A stretch of 41,312 nucleotides of DNA. Origin: Myxococcota bacterium. GTDB lineage: Bacteria > Myxococcota > UBA4151. The notes under the pieces were generated by a model. The model saw nothing but the letters and a program-made list of their open reading frames with translations. It did no database searches and was not told where the DNA came from. The stretch covers positions 1 through 41,312 of the forward strand of contig JBDQPD010000020.1 of the NCBI GenBank assembly GCA_040260805.1, written 5' to 3'. A program made the position numbers and the translations under genes. Below, piece after piece: positions 8,165-17,006 of the stretch (within the stretch, counting starts at the first letter, position 1; the number at the start of each line of letters is the position of its first letter).

Positions 8165-10537
8165 TCAAGCCCTCAACTCAGCCTCGAAGCGCTGCTTTGC
8201 GCATTCTTCGTAAGCCTTGAGCCAACGGGTAACTTCCTTCTCACTCAGAGTACCTTCTGCGCTTTGAATTGAGAAGCGCACAGCCACTGACTTTTTGCCC
8301 TCGGGCACACCTTTTCCTCGGTAGACATCAAAGACCCGAGCATAAACCCGCAGGTTAGCATCTACAGTCTGCGCCAAATCGGCCAGGTGGCCGGCTCCAA
8401 GGTCCTCGGCGACCAGCAACGCAAGGTCACGATGAACCTCTGGATAACGCGCCAGAGGCGCATAAACAGACAGCTCAGAGCTTGAGGAGAGCACCGAGTG
8501 CATATCCAGCTGAACAAGCCATTGCCCAGCGTCGAGATCATACCGATCTCTAAGCTCAGGGTGCAGTTCACCCAGGGCGCCAACTCGCTCTTCGCCGTGA
8601 TAAATAGCCGCCGCACTGCGAGGGTGAAGCAAAGCATCCTCGCTCTCCAGCGAGCGATAACTCAATCCCTCAACCCCACGTGCGCCCAGCAAGGCTTCGA
8701 CCTCGCCTCGTACCAGCGCATAAGCCTGCGTCGGCTCTGCGCCAAAGGGCGAGATCCACGCTAAGCTGTTGCGCTCGATGTCACGCTCGAAGCGGCGTGC
8801 GTATTCGCAGAGGCGAACGTCCGGACGCCCGTGACGCCGGTTTAATGAGCTCGCCTCGATCAAGGCGGGCCTAAGGTCGGTGCGCAGATAGCGCGTCTCT
8901 TCACCCAACGGGTTGTCCAACTCGACGGCATCGCCACCGCATCGGCTCATCCACCCAGGGCTCATAAAAGCTAAGCTCACCGCCTCAAAGTACCCCCTGC
9001 TCACCAAATCGTCTCGCAGGCTTTGTGCCAACGCATCGGTCGGATCTGCAGTGGAGATACGCCCGGAAGGCGGCGGCGCGAAGGGTAGCCGTTCAGGAAC
9101 TGCGTCGAGCCCTTTACCGCGTACCAACTCCTCGACCAAATCCACTTCACGCAAGAGATCGCCGCGCCAGCTCGGCGCATCGACGACCCAGCACGCTGAA
9201 TCGGTGCGGTCAACCTGACAGCCTAAGCGCTCAAAGAGTTGCGCTGACCAGTCTGGATCAAACGCCATACCGATCAACGCTTCGGCAGCGGCTAAACGAA
9301 AAGCGATGGGCTCGGAGGTCGTAGGCAGGGCACCACTTTGAGCATGCCCCTGAGCAGCCTGTGCCCCGCAGAGTTCCACCATCAGGTGGGCTGCATAATT
9401 CATCGCAGCGAGGACTCGCTGAGGGTCGACTCGACGCTCAAAGCGGTGACTCGATTCGCTGTGCAATGCGTGACGCCGTGCCGTACTGCGCACCCGCGCA
9501 GGCTCGAAGAAAGCTGCCTCTAAAAGCACCTCGCTCGTTGTTGACGAGACCTCTGTTTGAGCGCCCCCCATCACACCGGCAAGAGCGACGCCAACGCCGC
9601 CGTTGGTCACGACGAGATCGCTCGGGTCAAGACTGCGCTCAACACCATCGAGCGTTTCGAGGGTCTCCCCCTCGTGAGCAGACCGAACACCCATGGTCAC
9701 CGAGTCGCCCGAGCCCTTTAAGAGCCCGTAATCAAAGGCGTGGAGCGGTTGTCCGTAACTCAGCAACACGTAGTTGGTGATGTCCACCACATTGGAGATC
9801 GAACGAATACCCGCCGCCTGGAGGCGCTGTTTCAGCCACTGTGGCGACTCACCGACGGTCACGTTACGTACGACCTTAGCGGCATAAAAGGGACAACCTG
9901 AATCGCTCAGATCGATCTCCACGCGCGCCGCTGAGCCCGATGAAGTGCATTCATCAAGCAAAGGTCTTGGCTGGCGTTCATCGCTTCGAAGACACAACTC
10001 GCGCGCCAAACCGACCATGCTCAACGCATCGCCGCGGTTGGCGGTAATCCCTAACTCAAAGACCTGTCGTCCATCGGCTCTAAGATAGCTTGCCAGACTC
10101 GAGCCCACCGGAGCGTCCTCGGGCAAAATCATGATCCCGTCATGACTTTCGCCCAATCCAAGCTCTTGCTCAGAGCACATCATGCCCTCAGAGACTTCGC
10201 CGCGAATCTTCGACTTCTTGATCTTGAAGTCACCGGGCAAGCGACATCCGGGCCTAGCCACGACGACAAGGTCACCTTGTTGATGGTTCGGCGCGCCGCA
10301 CACAATTTGAGCGGGCTCAGCCTCGCCCACATCAACCTGACATAAGGTCAAGCGGTCAGCGTTTGGGTGCTGCCCTTTTTCAAGAACACGTCCAATCACC
10401 ACCGAATCAGCGACGTCGGTATCGCTCAAGACCCCTTCGACCTCGAGCCCTAGATCAGTCAGCAAGGCGGCAGCTTCATCTGCGCCCGGCATCTCACCAT
10501 CGACCCAGTCGGCGACCCAATCACTAATATAGCGCAT
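8165..10537 (-). CDS. pheT: Phenylalanyl-tRNA synthetase beta subunit
   Basis: HPNADRLTLCQV, IVCGAPN, IRGEVSEGMMCS, ITANRGD, VVDITNYV, GQPLHAFD, C-terminal FDVYRGKGVPEGKKSVA (FDX-ACB). Confidence 0.98.
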   Translation of the reverse strand: MRYISDWVADWVDGEMPGADEAAALLTDLGLEVEGVLSDTDVADSVVIGRVLEKGQHPNADRLTLCQVDVGEAEPAQIVCGAPNHQQGDLVVVARPGCRLPGDFKIKKSKIRGEVSEGMMCSEQELGLGESHDGIMILPEDAPVGSSLASYLRADGRQVFELGITANRGDALSMVGLARELCLRSDERQPRPLLDECTSSGSAARVEIDLSDSGCPFYAAKVVRNVTVGESPQWLKQRLQAAGIRSISNVVDITNYVLLSYGQPLHAFDYGLLKGSGDSVTMGVRSAHEGETLETLDGVERSLDPSDLVVTNGGVGVALAGVMGGAQTEVSSTTSEVLLEAAFFEPARVRSTARRHALHSESSHRFERRVDPQRVLAAMNYAAHLMVELCGAQAAQGHAQSGALPTTSEPIAFRLAAAEALIGMAFDPDWSAQLFERLGCQVDRTDSACWVVDAPSWRGDLLREVDLVEELVRGKGLDAVPERLPFAPPPSGRISTADPTDALAQSLRDDLVSRGYFEAVSLAFMSPGWMSRCGGDAVELDNPLGEETRYLRTDLRPALIEASSLNRRHGRPDVRLCEYARRFERDIERNSLAWISPFGAEPTQAYALVRGEVEALLGARGVEGLSYRSLESEDALLHPRSAAAIYHGEERVGALGELHPELRDRYDLDAGQWLVQLDMHSVLSSSSELSVYAPLARYPEVHRDLALLVAEDLGAGHLADLAQTVDANLRVYARVFDVYRGKGVPEGKKSVAVRFSIQSAEGTLSEKEVTRWLKAYEECAKQRFEAELRA

Positions 10538-10540
10538 GAG

Positions 10541-11578
10541 CTAAACCTCCCGATCGCGTTGAACGAACTGCTCAAGAAACTCGACGCGCGAGTCAAAGAG
10601 CAGTCGAATATCGGGGATCCGATGCCGAAGCATGGCGATCCGTTCGATCCCCATCCCAAAGGCGAACCCTTGGGTTTGGTCTGGATCGATATCCACGGCC
10701 GCAAAAACCGCCGGATCGATCATACCGCAGCCCAAAATCTCGATCCAACCGCAATCGCCGCAGACACGACAGCCTTCACCGCCGCAAAAGATGCAGCTCA
10801 CATCCACCTCGGCTGAAGGCTCGGTGAACGGGAAGAAACTCGAGCGCAGACGAATCTTGGTGTCGCTACCAAACATCTCTCGTGCGAAGTGAGCGAGCGT
10901 ACCTTTAAGGTCGGCCATCGTGATGCCCTTGTCGACCACCAAGCCTTCGACTTGATGGAACATTGGGCTGTGGCTGACATCAGCGTCGCAGCGATAAACG
11001 GCTCCAGGGACCACAATGCGAAGCGGCGGCTCGTTGGCCAGCATCGTTCGAATCTGAACTGGGCTCGTGTGCGTGCGGAGCAGACGACCGTCGACCGTGT
11101 AGAAGGTGTCTTGCATGTCTCGCGCCGGATGATCCGGCGGCATGTTCAGCGCTTCGAAGTTGTGCCAGTCATCCTCAACTTGAGGCCCTGACGCCACGCT
11201 GTAGCCCAATCGGTTGAAGATCCCGAGAATCTCCGCCTCGACTCGGCGCAAAGGGTGGACACAGCCTCGCTCAGCCTTCTTTGAGCCCGGCAAGGTCAGG
11301 TCAATGCGCTCCTCAAGCTCCGCTGCTAGCTGCGCGCTTTTCAGCCGCTCTTCCGTATCGGCGAAGGCTGAATTGAGGCGATCGCGCACCTGATTGGCGG
11401 CTTGCCCAAAAGCCTTGCGCTCTTCTTTGGGGAGCTTGCCTAAGCCGCGCATGATACCGGTCAGGCGGCCCTGACGACCTAAGAACTGCACGCGAAGTTC
11501 GTTCAGCGAAGCGAGTTCATCCACCCCTGACAGGGCTTCAGAACAGTCGCGCTCGATCGCAACGAGATCCTGTTCCAC
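10541..11578 (-). CDS. pheS: Phenylalanyl-tRNA synthetase alpha subunit
   Basis: HPARDMQDTFY, LLRTHTSPVQIR, HSPMFHQVEGL, FFPFTEPSAE, GFAFGMGIERIAM. Start set at GTG 11578, which has a GGAG RBS, rather than the ORF-track 11617. Confidence 0.98.
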   Translation of the reverse strand: MEQDLVAIERDCSEALSGVDELASLNELRVQFLGRQGRLTGIMRGLGKLPKEERKAFGQAANQVRDRLNSAFADTEERLKSAQLAAELEERIDLTLPGSKKAERGCVHPLRRVEAEILGIFNRLGYSVASGPQVEDDWHNFEALNMPPDHPARDMQDTFYTVDGRLLRTHTSPVQIRTMLANEPPLRIVVPGAVYRCDADVSHSPMFHQVEGLVVDKGITMADLKGTLAHFAREMFGSDTKIRLRSSFFPFTEPSAEVDVSCIFCGGEGCRVCGDCGWIEILGCGMIDPAVFAAVDIDPDQTQGFAFGMGIERIAMLRHRIPDIRLLFDSRVEFLEQFVQRDREV

Positions 11579-11654
11579 GATGTTGCTCCGAATGGCTCTT
11601 ATGAGCCTCGGGGGCACTCATCAAATGAGCGCATCAGCCAACCCCATGCGGGGA

Positions 11655-11999
11655 CTAACCCTTAGCCTGCTCTACCAGCGAGGCAAAGATGTCGGGCTCG
11701 CTCACGGCGAGGTGAGCCAACACACGACGGTCCAACTCAATGCCGGCCTGCTTGAGGCCATGCATAAAGCGGCTGTAGCTCAAGCCGTGAAGACGACTTG
11801 CAGCGTTGATGCGAACGATCCAAAGCCGACGAAAGTCACGCTTCTTCAGCTTGCGACCGGTGTAGGCCATGACGCCTGCACGATCGACCGCTTGTTTGGC
11901 GACGCGCCAAACGTTCTTACGCTTGCCGCGGTAACCCTCGGCTCGGTTGAATACCTTTTTGCGACGACGACGGGTTGTATAACCACCTTTAACACGCAT
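11655..11999 (-). CDS. rplT: 50S ribosomal protein L20
   Basis: MRVKGG...[40 protein letters not shown]. Confidence 0.99.
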   Translation of the reverse strand: MRVKGGYTTRRRRKKVFNRAEGYRGKRKNVWRVAKQAVDRAGVMAYTGRKLKKRDFRRLWIVRINAASRLHGLSYSRFMHGLKQAGIELDRRVLAHLAVSEPDIFASLVEQAKG

Positions 12000-12011
12000 G
12001 GTACCGTCTCC

Positions 12012-12218
12012 TTATTTGTACGGGATGCACCGGCTGATGCCGGGTACAACCGATTGGTCGAGGGTATGCGTGCCGCGATTCTGTCGCTTGCGCTTGGAAC
12101 TCCACGGGGTCAGGCAGTGCGAGGTGTTCGCACTCTTCGCCATGATCTTTCCGGATTTGGTCTTCTTGAACCGTTTGGCTGCGCCAGAAACGGTCTTCAT
12201 CTTAGGCCCTTTAGCCAT
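12012..12218 (-). CDS. rpmI: 50S ribosomal protein L35
   Basis: PKMKTVSGAAKRFKKTKSGK...KRKR; ATG at 12218 preceded by AAAGGAGG. Confidence 0.97.
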   Translation of the reverse strand: MAKGPKMKTVSGAAKRFKKTKSGKIMAKSANTSHCLTPWSSKRKRQNRGTHTLDQSVVPGISRCIPYK

Positions 12219-12313
12219 GATGCCTCCTTTACGTGATCTCGGTGGCTCAGCGTTGTGCCGAGCGCTTAGGGAACCTCGAATCACCCCTGCCGCGTGGCAG
12301 GCGTTGACGGGTC

Positions 12314-12342
12314 ATTAGAGGTTTGGTCGCTCAGGTCAACAA
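12314..12342 (-). promoter_or_regulatory. Possible sigma70-type internal promoter for rpmI-rplT (TTGTTG-N17-TCTAAT)
   Basis: Minus strand reads TTGTTG acctgagcgaccaaacc TCTAAT with 17-nt spacing, in the infC-rpmI intergenic region. Imperfect consensus match. Confidence 0.3.
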
Positions 12343-12387
12343 AAACCGACGCGAGGGTCTGCAGCGCTTAGCTGCCCGAGTCGGGCG

Positions 12388-13137
12388 CTAATCGTCAGTC
12401 TCGGAGTCTTCCATGTCCTCAGCAGCTTCGATGTCCTCATCAAGCTCATCATCGAGGTCATCCATGTCCAGGTCGTCGTCTTCATCAAAGGCAGGCTGCT
12501 CGCCCGTGTGCTCTCCCGCTGCGGCGCGACGCTCGCGTTTCGCTTTGGCGCGATCGCGCAGCTTCTGCGCTTTCTCAGTAGCAACCGCTTTGAGGACTTC
12601 ACGACTTGGCGCCAGAATGACGAACATGTTTCGCCCCTCCATGCGCGCCACCTGCTCGACCACAGCTTGTTCACCCATCACCTCGATCATCCGGTCCAGG
12701 TGAGCTCGGGCGATCTCGGGGTGAGCCATCTCACGACCACGAAACATGATCGTAATCTTGACCTTGTCGCCACCCTCGAGAAAACGCTTCGCCCGCATCG
12801 CCTTGGTCATGAAGTCGTGCTCGTCCGTTTTCGGGCGCAGTTTGACCTCTTTAACCGTGATCCGAGTTTGGCGCTTACGCTGCTCCGACTCTCGTTTTTT
12901 GCGCAGGTATTTCTGCTTACCTGCGTCCATCAACTTACAAACGGGTGGCTTCGCTGTCGGACTGACCTCAACGAGATCGAGTCCGACCTCCTGCGCCATC
13001 GACATGGCTTGGCGGGTAGAAACCACACCAACCTGTTCACCGAGATGAGAAATAAGCCGCACTTCAGGTACGGTAATCGCTTCGTTCAGACGCTGTTCAG
13101 CTTCTGGTTTCGTTGGCGCAAAGTGGCGACGGCGCAA
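12388..13137 (-). CDS. infC: Translation initiation factor IF-3 with long basic-then-acidic C-terminal extension
   Basis: LNEAITVPEVRLI, GLDLVEVSPTAKPPVCKLMD, VKEVKLRP, GDKVKITIMFRGRE; TTG start 5 nt after AAGGAG. Confidence 0.98.
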   Translation of the reverse strand: MRRRHFAPTKPEAEQRLNEAITVPEVRLISHLGEQVGVVSTRQAMSMAQEVGLDLVEVSPTAKPPVCKLMDAGKQKYLRKKRESEQRKRQTRITVKEVKLRPKTDEHDFMTKAMRAKRFLEGGDKVKITIMFRGREMAHPEIARAHLDRMIEVMGEQAVVEQVARMEGRNMFVILAPSREVLKAVATEKAQKLRDRAKAKRERRAAAGEHTGEQPAFDEDDDLDMDDLDDELDEDIEAAEDMEDSETDD

Positions 13138-13188
13138 GCATACTCCTTAAATCGTCCCTAGGACGCGACTTCTCTGCTGCGTAAAAAC

Positions 13189-15171
13189 CTAAAGGTCAAG
13201 GGATGGCGGCAGGCTCTTTTGTGCCAACCAATCTGCAGCTTCTTGATGATTGAGGGTTCCAAACTGTTCGCCTTGGCGAGACCGCACAGCTGTTGTCCCC
13301 TCATCGACCTCACGATCTCCAAGGACAAACAAATACGGAACACGCATCAAGCGGGCATCGCGAATCTTTTTACCTAAGCTCTCGTTACGAGCGTCGACCT
13401 CGACCCGAAGGTCTCGCTCACGGCAAGCCTTCAGCAAGCCCTCTGCCGCCGTGTCGGCGCGCTCAGAGATGGTCAGAATGCGAGCCTGCTCGGGAGCAAG
13501 CCAGGCAGGGAAATCGCCGGCATAATGCTCGGTTAGGATGCCAAAGAAGCGCTCAAGCGAACCCATAATGGCGCGGTGAATCAGGATCGGCGGAACCTTC
13601 TCCCCTTCAGAGTTCGTGTAGGTCATCTGAAATCGCTTCGGCAGATTGAAGTCGAGCTGGATCGTACTACACTGCCAGGTTCGACCGATCGCATCCTTGA
13701 TTTTTACATCAATTTTCGGGCCATAAAAAGCGCCGCCGCCCTCGTCGACTCCGAAGGTCAAACCGCTGGCTTCGATCGAGCCCTTCAGCGCAGCCTCTGC
13801 CCGGTCCCAAAGCTCCGGCTCCCCCACAAACTTATCTGGCCGCGTCGAGAGCATGACGTCGAACGCTTCAAAGCCAAAGGCGCGCAGATATCCGAGGGCG
13901 AGCTTGAGCACCTTATTGAGTTCGTCTTCAAGGCTTTGCTCAGTGCAGATGATGTGCGCATCGTCCTGGGTAAACCCTCGCACCCTCATCAAGCCGTGCA
14001 GTGCGCCAGCGAGCTCGTACCGATAAACGGTGCCGAGCTCTGCGAGTCGCACCGGGAGGTCACGATAAGAGTGCGCTTTGGTCTTATAGATCATCACATG
14101 AAACGGACAGTTCATCGGCTTGAGGAGATACTCCTCCTCGTCGACAGCGATCGGCTTATACATGCTCTCGTTATAGAAGCCTAAGTGACCGGAAATCCGC
14201 CACAAGTCCGAATGCGCAACATGAGGTGAGAAGACCGGCTCATAGCCACCGATACGATGGGTACGACGCCAGAAGTCCTCGAGGATGGTGCGAACTCGCG
14301 CCCCGCGAGGCAGCCATAAAACGAGCCCCTGACCGATCTCTTCAAAGTACGAGCGCTCTTCCGCTTCATCGTGGTATAAATCGCCCTTCTCACTGACCGT
14401 GAACAAACCCAGCTCACGTCCGAGCTTGCGATGGTCTCGCTTCTTCGCTTCTTCCAGACGGTGGAGGTGTTTCTTGAGCTCTTTCTTGTCGAAAAAGGCG
14501 GTTCCATAGATGCGCTGCAACATTTTGTTGTTGGCGTCACCGCGCCAGTAAGCCCCTGCCTGGCTGAGCAGTTTGAAACACTTCACCTTGCCCGTATCAG
14601 GCAGATGAGGTCCACGACACAGGTCGTTGAACTCACCATGAGTGTACAAGGTGATATCACCTTGAGCTGAGTCCAGCAGCTCGAGCTTGTAAGGTTCGCC
14701 CTCTGCTTCAAAGCGCTCGCGCGCTTGGTCCCGGCTCACAGGGATACGCTCGAAGCGCGACTTCTCACTGATCACGCGCTTCATCTCAGCCTCTATCGCC
14801 ACCATATCTTCGGGTGTGAAGGGCTGTTCCATTTCAAAATCGTAGTAAAACCCGTTGACCCCATCGTCGACCACGGGACCGATCGAGATCAGCGCTGTGG
14901 GAAACAACCGCTTCACCGCGCTCGCTAAAATGTGCGCAGTGGAATGCCTGAGTATTTCCAGGCTTTCACCATCTCGGGCGGTCAGGATCTGAACGACGTC
15001 GCCTTCGGCGAGCGGACGATGAAGATCGACGACCTCGCCGTTGACCTTCGCGCCCATGGCTTGCCGAGCGAGCCCTTCGGAGATCTGCATCGCCACGGCA
15101 TGCGCTGTCTCACCTGCTGCTAGGGTCTTCATTGCGCCGTCGGGTAAGTTGACGGTAAACTGCTCAGACAT
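13189..15171 (-). CDS. thrS: Threonyl-tRNA synthetase
   Basis: TGS domain, RHSTAHILA, DLCRGPH, RDHRKLG, KPMNCPFH, RVRGFTQDDAH, GAFYGPKID, IHRAIMGSLERF. ATG 15171 follows GGAGGA. Confidence 0.99.
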   Translation of the reverse strand: MSEQFTVNLPDGAMKTLAAGETAHAVAMQISEGLARQAMGAKVNGEVVDLHRPLAEGDVVQILTARDGESLEILRHSTAHILASAVKRLFPTALISIGPVVDDGVNGFYYDFEMEQPFTPEDMVAIEAEMKRVISEKSRFERIPVSRDQARERFEAEGEPYKLELLDSAQGDITLYTHGEFNDLCRGPHLPDTGKVKCFKLLSQAGAYWRGDANNKMLQRIYGTAFFDKKELKKHLHRLEEAKKRDHRKLGRELGLFTVSEKGDLYHDEAEERSYFEEIGQGLVLWLPRGARVRTILEDFWRRTHRIGGYEPVFSPHVAHSDLWRISGHLGFYNESMYKPIAVDEEEYLLKPMNCPFHVMIYKTKAHSYRDLPVRLAELGTVYRYELAGALHGLMRVRGFTQDDAHIICTEQSLEDELNKVLKLALGYLRAFGFEAFDVMLSTRPDKFVGEPELWDRAEAALKGSIEASGLTFGVDEGGGAFYGPKIDVKIKDAIGRTWQCSTIQLDFNLPKRFQMTYTNSEGEKVPPILIHRAIMGSLERFFGILTEHYAGDFPAWLAPEQARILTISERADTAAEGLLKACRERDLRVEVDARNESLGKKIRDARLMRVPYLFVLGDREVDEGTTAVRSRQGEQFGTLNHQEAADWLAQKSLPPSLDL

Positions 15172-15231
15172 CCATTCCTCCACTCTCCGGCGCTAGCGAT
15201 TCGGGGGCTTAAAAGCCAACGAAAACTAGGG

Positions 15232-16173
15232 CTATTGGTCGGCTGGGTCATCGAGCACATGGCTTCCCGGAAGCAAAGCAGTGCCTGGCAAGAGCTCTCC
15301 GTTAAGGTCTAAGCGCTCTCTTGGAACGTCGACGTAGGCTCCCCGCTTTTGCTGATAAAGACCGCCGCCTCGACGCGTGTGATCTTCGATCCGTGCTACG
15401 AGTTGACTGTGCTCGGCGTGACACACTTGCAAGGTCACCTGATCCCCATCGCGTCGGGCGCCGCGAAGAACAAACGGGGCATCACGGCGAGTGCGGCCGC
15501 CTCTGCCTGCGAGTAAAAACGAGAGCTCATCTTGGCTCTGTTCAGCCGGGTCATCGTGCTCGACTAAGGGGTCTCCCGTTGGCACGCTGCACCCTTTACG
15601 GCGCCGCTCACTCAGAGGGCATGTTCCCTGTTGAGGGCATGGAGCGACCGGCAAAACTCCCTGTCGAAGCAAGCCTGCGCGAAGATCGACAATCGCACGC
15701 CCTCCTTGCCGTGTCCCCTGCTCGAGCACCAAAATCTGACCGGCTGGAGCGAGCAAATGAGTTAGTTTTTGTGCGAGCTCTTGACGCAGTTCGTGCTCGG
15801 AATATGCGCTGACAACACCCGCAGCGATCACCAAGTCAAACCGCCCTTTGGGCTGATCGTCTGGCCAACGCCCCTGAACGACCTCAACGCCATCTTGAAT
15901 CAGTCGCTGCGCCGCTCGCGGTTGAGGCTCAATCGCGACCACTCGAGGGCCGACCAAACCCGAAGCAAGCGCCACCGGCCCGGGATGAATCTCGAGCACG
16001 CGCAAGGGGGGATGCTTGAAGGCGACCAAACGCAAGACCCGACGCGCTAAATCGGCGAGCTCGTACCCATACTCAGCGGCATAGGCGGACAGATCGATGA
16101 CCTGCTCAAAGGGCTCACCGCTGCCTTCTTCTCGATCATGTATCCGAGCGAGTAACTCCGCTCGACTGATCAC
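15232..16173 (-). CDS. Rsm22/METTL17-like SAM-dependent methyltransferase-fold protein
   Basis: FDLVIAAGV, LAPAGQILVLEQGTRQG, VAPCPQQGTCPL...GC resemble the Rsm22 EPGT / APCPH-x-CP motifs; GTGA overlap with the PilZ gene. Confidence 0.65.
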   Translation of the reverse strand: MISRAELLARIHDREEGSGEPFEQVIDLSAYAAEYGYELADLARRVLRLVAFKHPPLRVLEIHPGPVALASGLVGPRVVAIEPQPRAAQRLIQDGVEVVQGRWPDDQPKGRFDLVIAAGVVSAYSEHELRQELAQKLTHLLAPAGQILVLEQGTRQGGRAIVDLRAGLLRQGVLPVAPCPQQGTCPLSERRRKGCSVPTGDPLVEHDDPAEQSQDELSFLLAGRGGRTRRDAPFVLRGARRDGDQVTLQVCHAEHSQLVARIEDHTRRGGGLYQQKRGAYVDVPRERLDLNGELLPGTALLPGSHVLDDPADQ

Positions 16174-16466
16174 TCGGCTGATCGCTGCAACACCTCGTCG
16201 ATCGCTGAACGAACCTCGGGTTCGAGATCATCAAACCGGAGGCCACTGCGGCCCTCTTCGCACCACACGACCAAACCCTCAGTGTGGACCAATAAGCCCG
16301 AGCTCGGGATCGCGAAGGTCACCATGACAAGGTCTCCCACTGCGAAATTTCCGCTCACGCTGATTCCGCCAGCCGAGATGTTGACGCTCGAACCCACGTC
16401 ACCGCCCAGGTCAATCGTTAACCCAAGATCGTGTCGTCGGTGCTCTCTTGGTCTATCAGTCATCAT
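16170..16466 (-). CDS. Single-domain PilZ protein (c-di-GMP receptor)
   Basis: RxxxR switch (REHRR), NISAGG (D/NxSxxG), GLVVW...GLRF. Confidence 0.88.
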   Translation of the reverse strand: MMTDRPREHRRHDLGLTIDLGGDVGSSVNISAGGISVSGNFAVGDLVMVTFAIPSSGLLVHTEGLVVWCEEGRSGLRFDDLEPEVRSAIDEVLQRSAE

Positions 16467-16530
16467 TCAGGTCCTTGATCGCGACGGTCTTTGCCCCCAA
16501 AAGAAGCATGCATTCAAGAGGATGTACGCG

Positions 16531-17004
16531 ATGCAGATTATGCACTGTCCAGATTGTCGGCACGAATACCGTCTCGGTTTCGTCTCCTGTCCAGAATGTA
16601 AAGCGAGCTTACGGACGGGCTCAGCGCCGGTTCACGACCATAGCTTTGATCCCGACAAGGCTCAAGCCAAGCTGGCCACGATGTCGGTGGCGGCTTTTAC
16701 CACCTTGCCCATGAACGATGCGCTTCGATTAAGAGACAGCCTGCTCAGCCAACAAATTCTGGCAGGCCTGGTTCCGGCTTCAGGCGGATGCGATCCAACC
16801 GGTTGCGCGACCAACTTTACAGTGATGGTCCCCTCAGATCAGATCCAGAGCCTTAACGAGCGTTATCAGGCTGCCTTTGAGAGCTACGCCGCAGAGCAGG
16901 GCATGACCTTGCGGCACGAGCCCGAAGAGTCCTGCCCATGCTGCAACACCACGATTACCGCTGACGACACCGAATGTGCGGAGTGCGGAATTGCGCTGAT
17001 CTGA
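16531..17004 (+). CDS. Hypothetical protein with N- and C-terminal zinc ribbons
   Basis: CPDC-x10-CPEC at the N-terminus and CPCC-x10-CAEC at the C-terminus. Start chosen at ATG 16531 (GAGGA upstream); the ORF-track start 16282 overlaps PilZ. Confidence 0.75.
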   Translation: MQIMHCPDCRHEYRLGFVSCPECKASLRTGSAPVHDHSFDPDKAQAKLATMSVAAFTTLPMNDALRLRDSLLSQQILAGLVPASGGCDPTGCATNFTVMVPSDQIQSLNERYQAAFESYAAEQGMTLRHEPEESCPCCNTTITADDTECAECGIALI

Positions 17005-17006
17005 CC

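Noticed and set aside
11580..14184. Long plus-strand ORFs (11580-12236, 12508-13161, 13576-14184)
   Set aside because: They lie antisense to rplT/rpmI, infC and thrS and have no recognisable motifs. Such shadow ORFs are expected from codon bias in GC-rich genes.
15193..15229. Hairpin upstream of thrS as an E. coli-type tRNA-Thr-mimic operator
   Set aside because: An interrupted stem exists (CTAG..TTCG..GGCTT/AAGCC..CGAA..CTAG), but its loop has no Thr anticodon-like NGU and it has no U tail, so neither operator nor terminator is supported.
16282..16530. ORF-track N-terminal extensions (also 11579-11617, 19248-19280, 21513-21575, 27758-27931, 30845-30916)
   Set aside because: They overlap neighbouring genes or precede clear RBS-plus-start or signal-peptide positions, so downstream starts were chosen.
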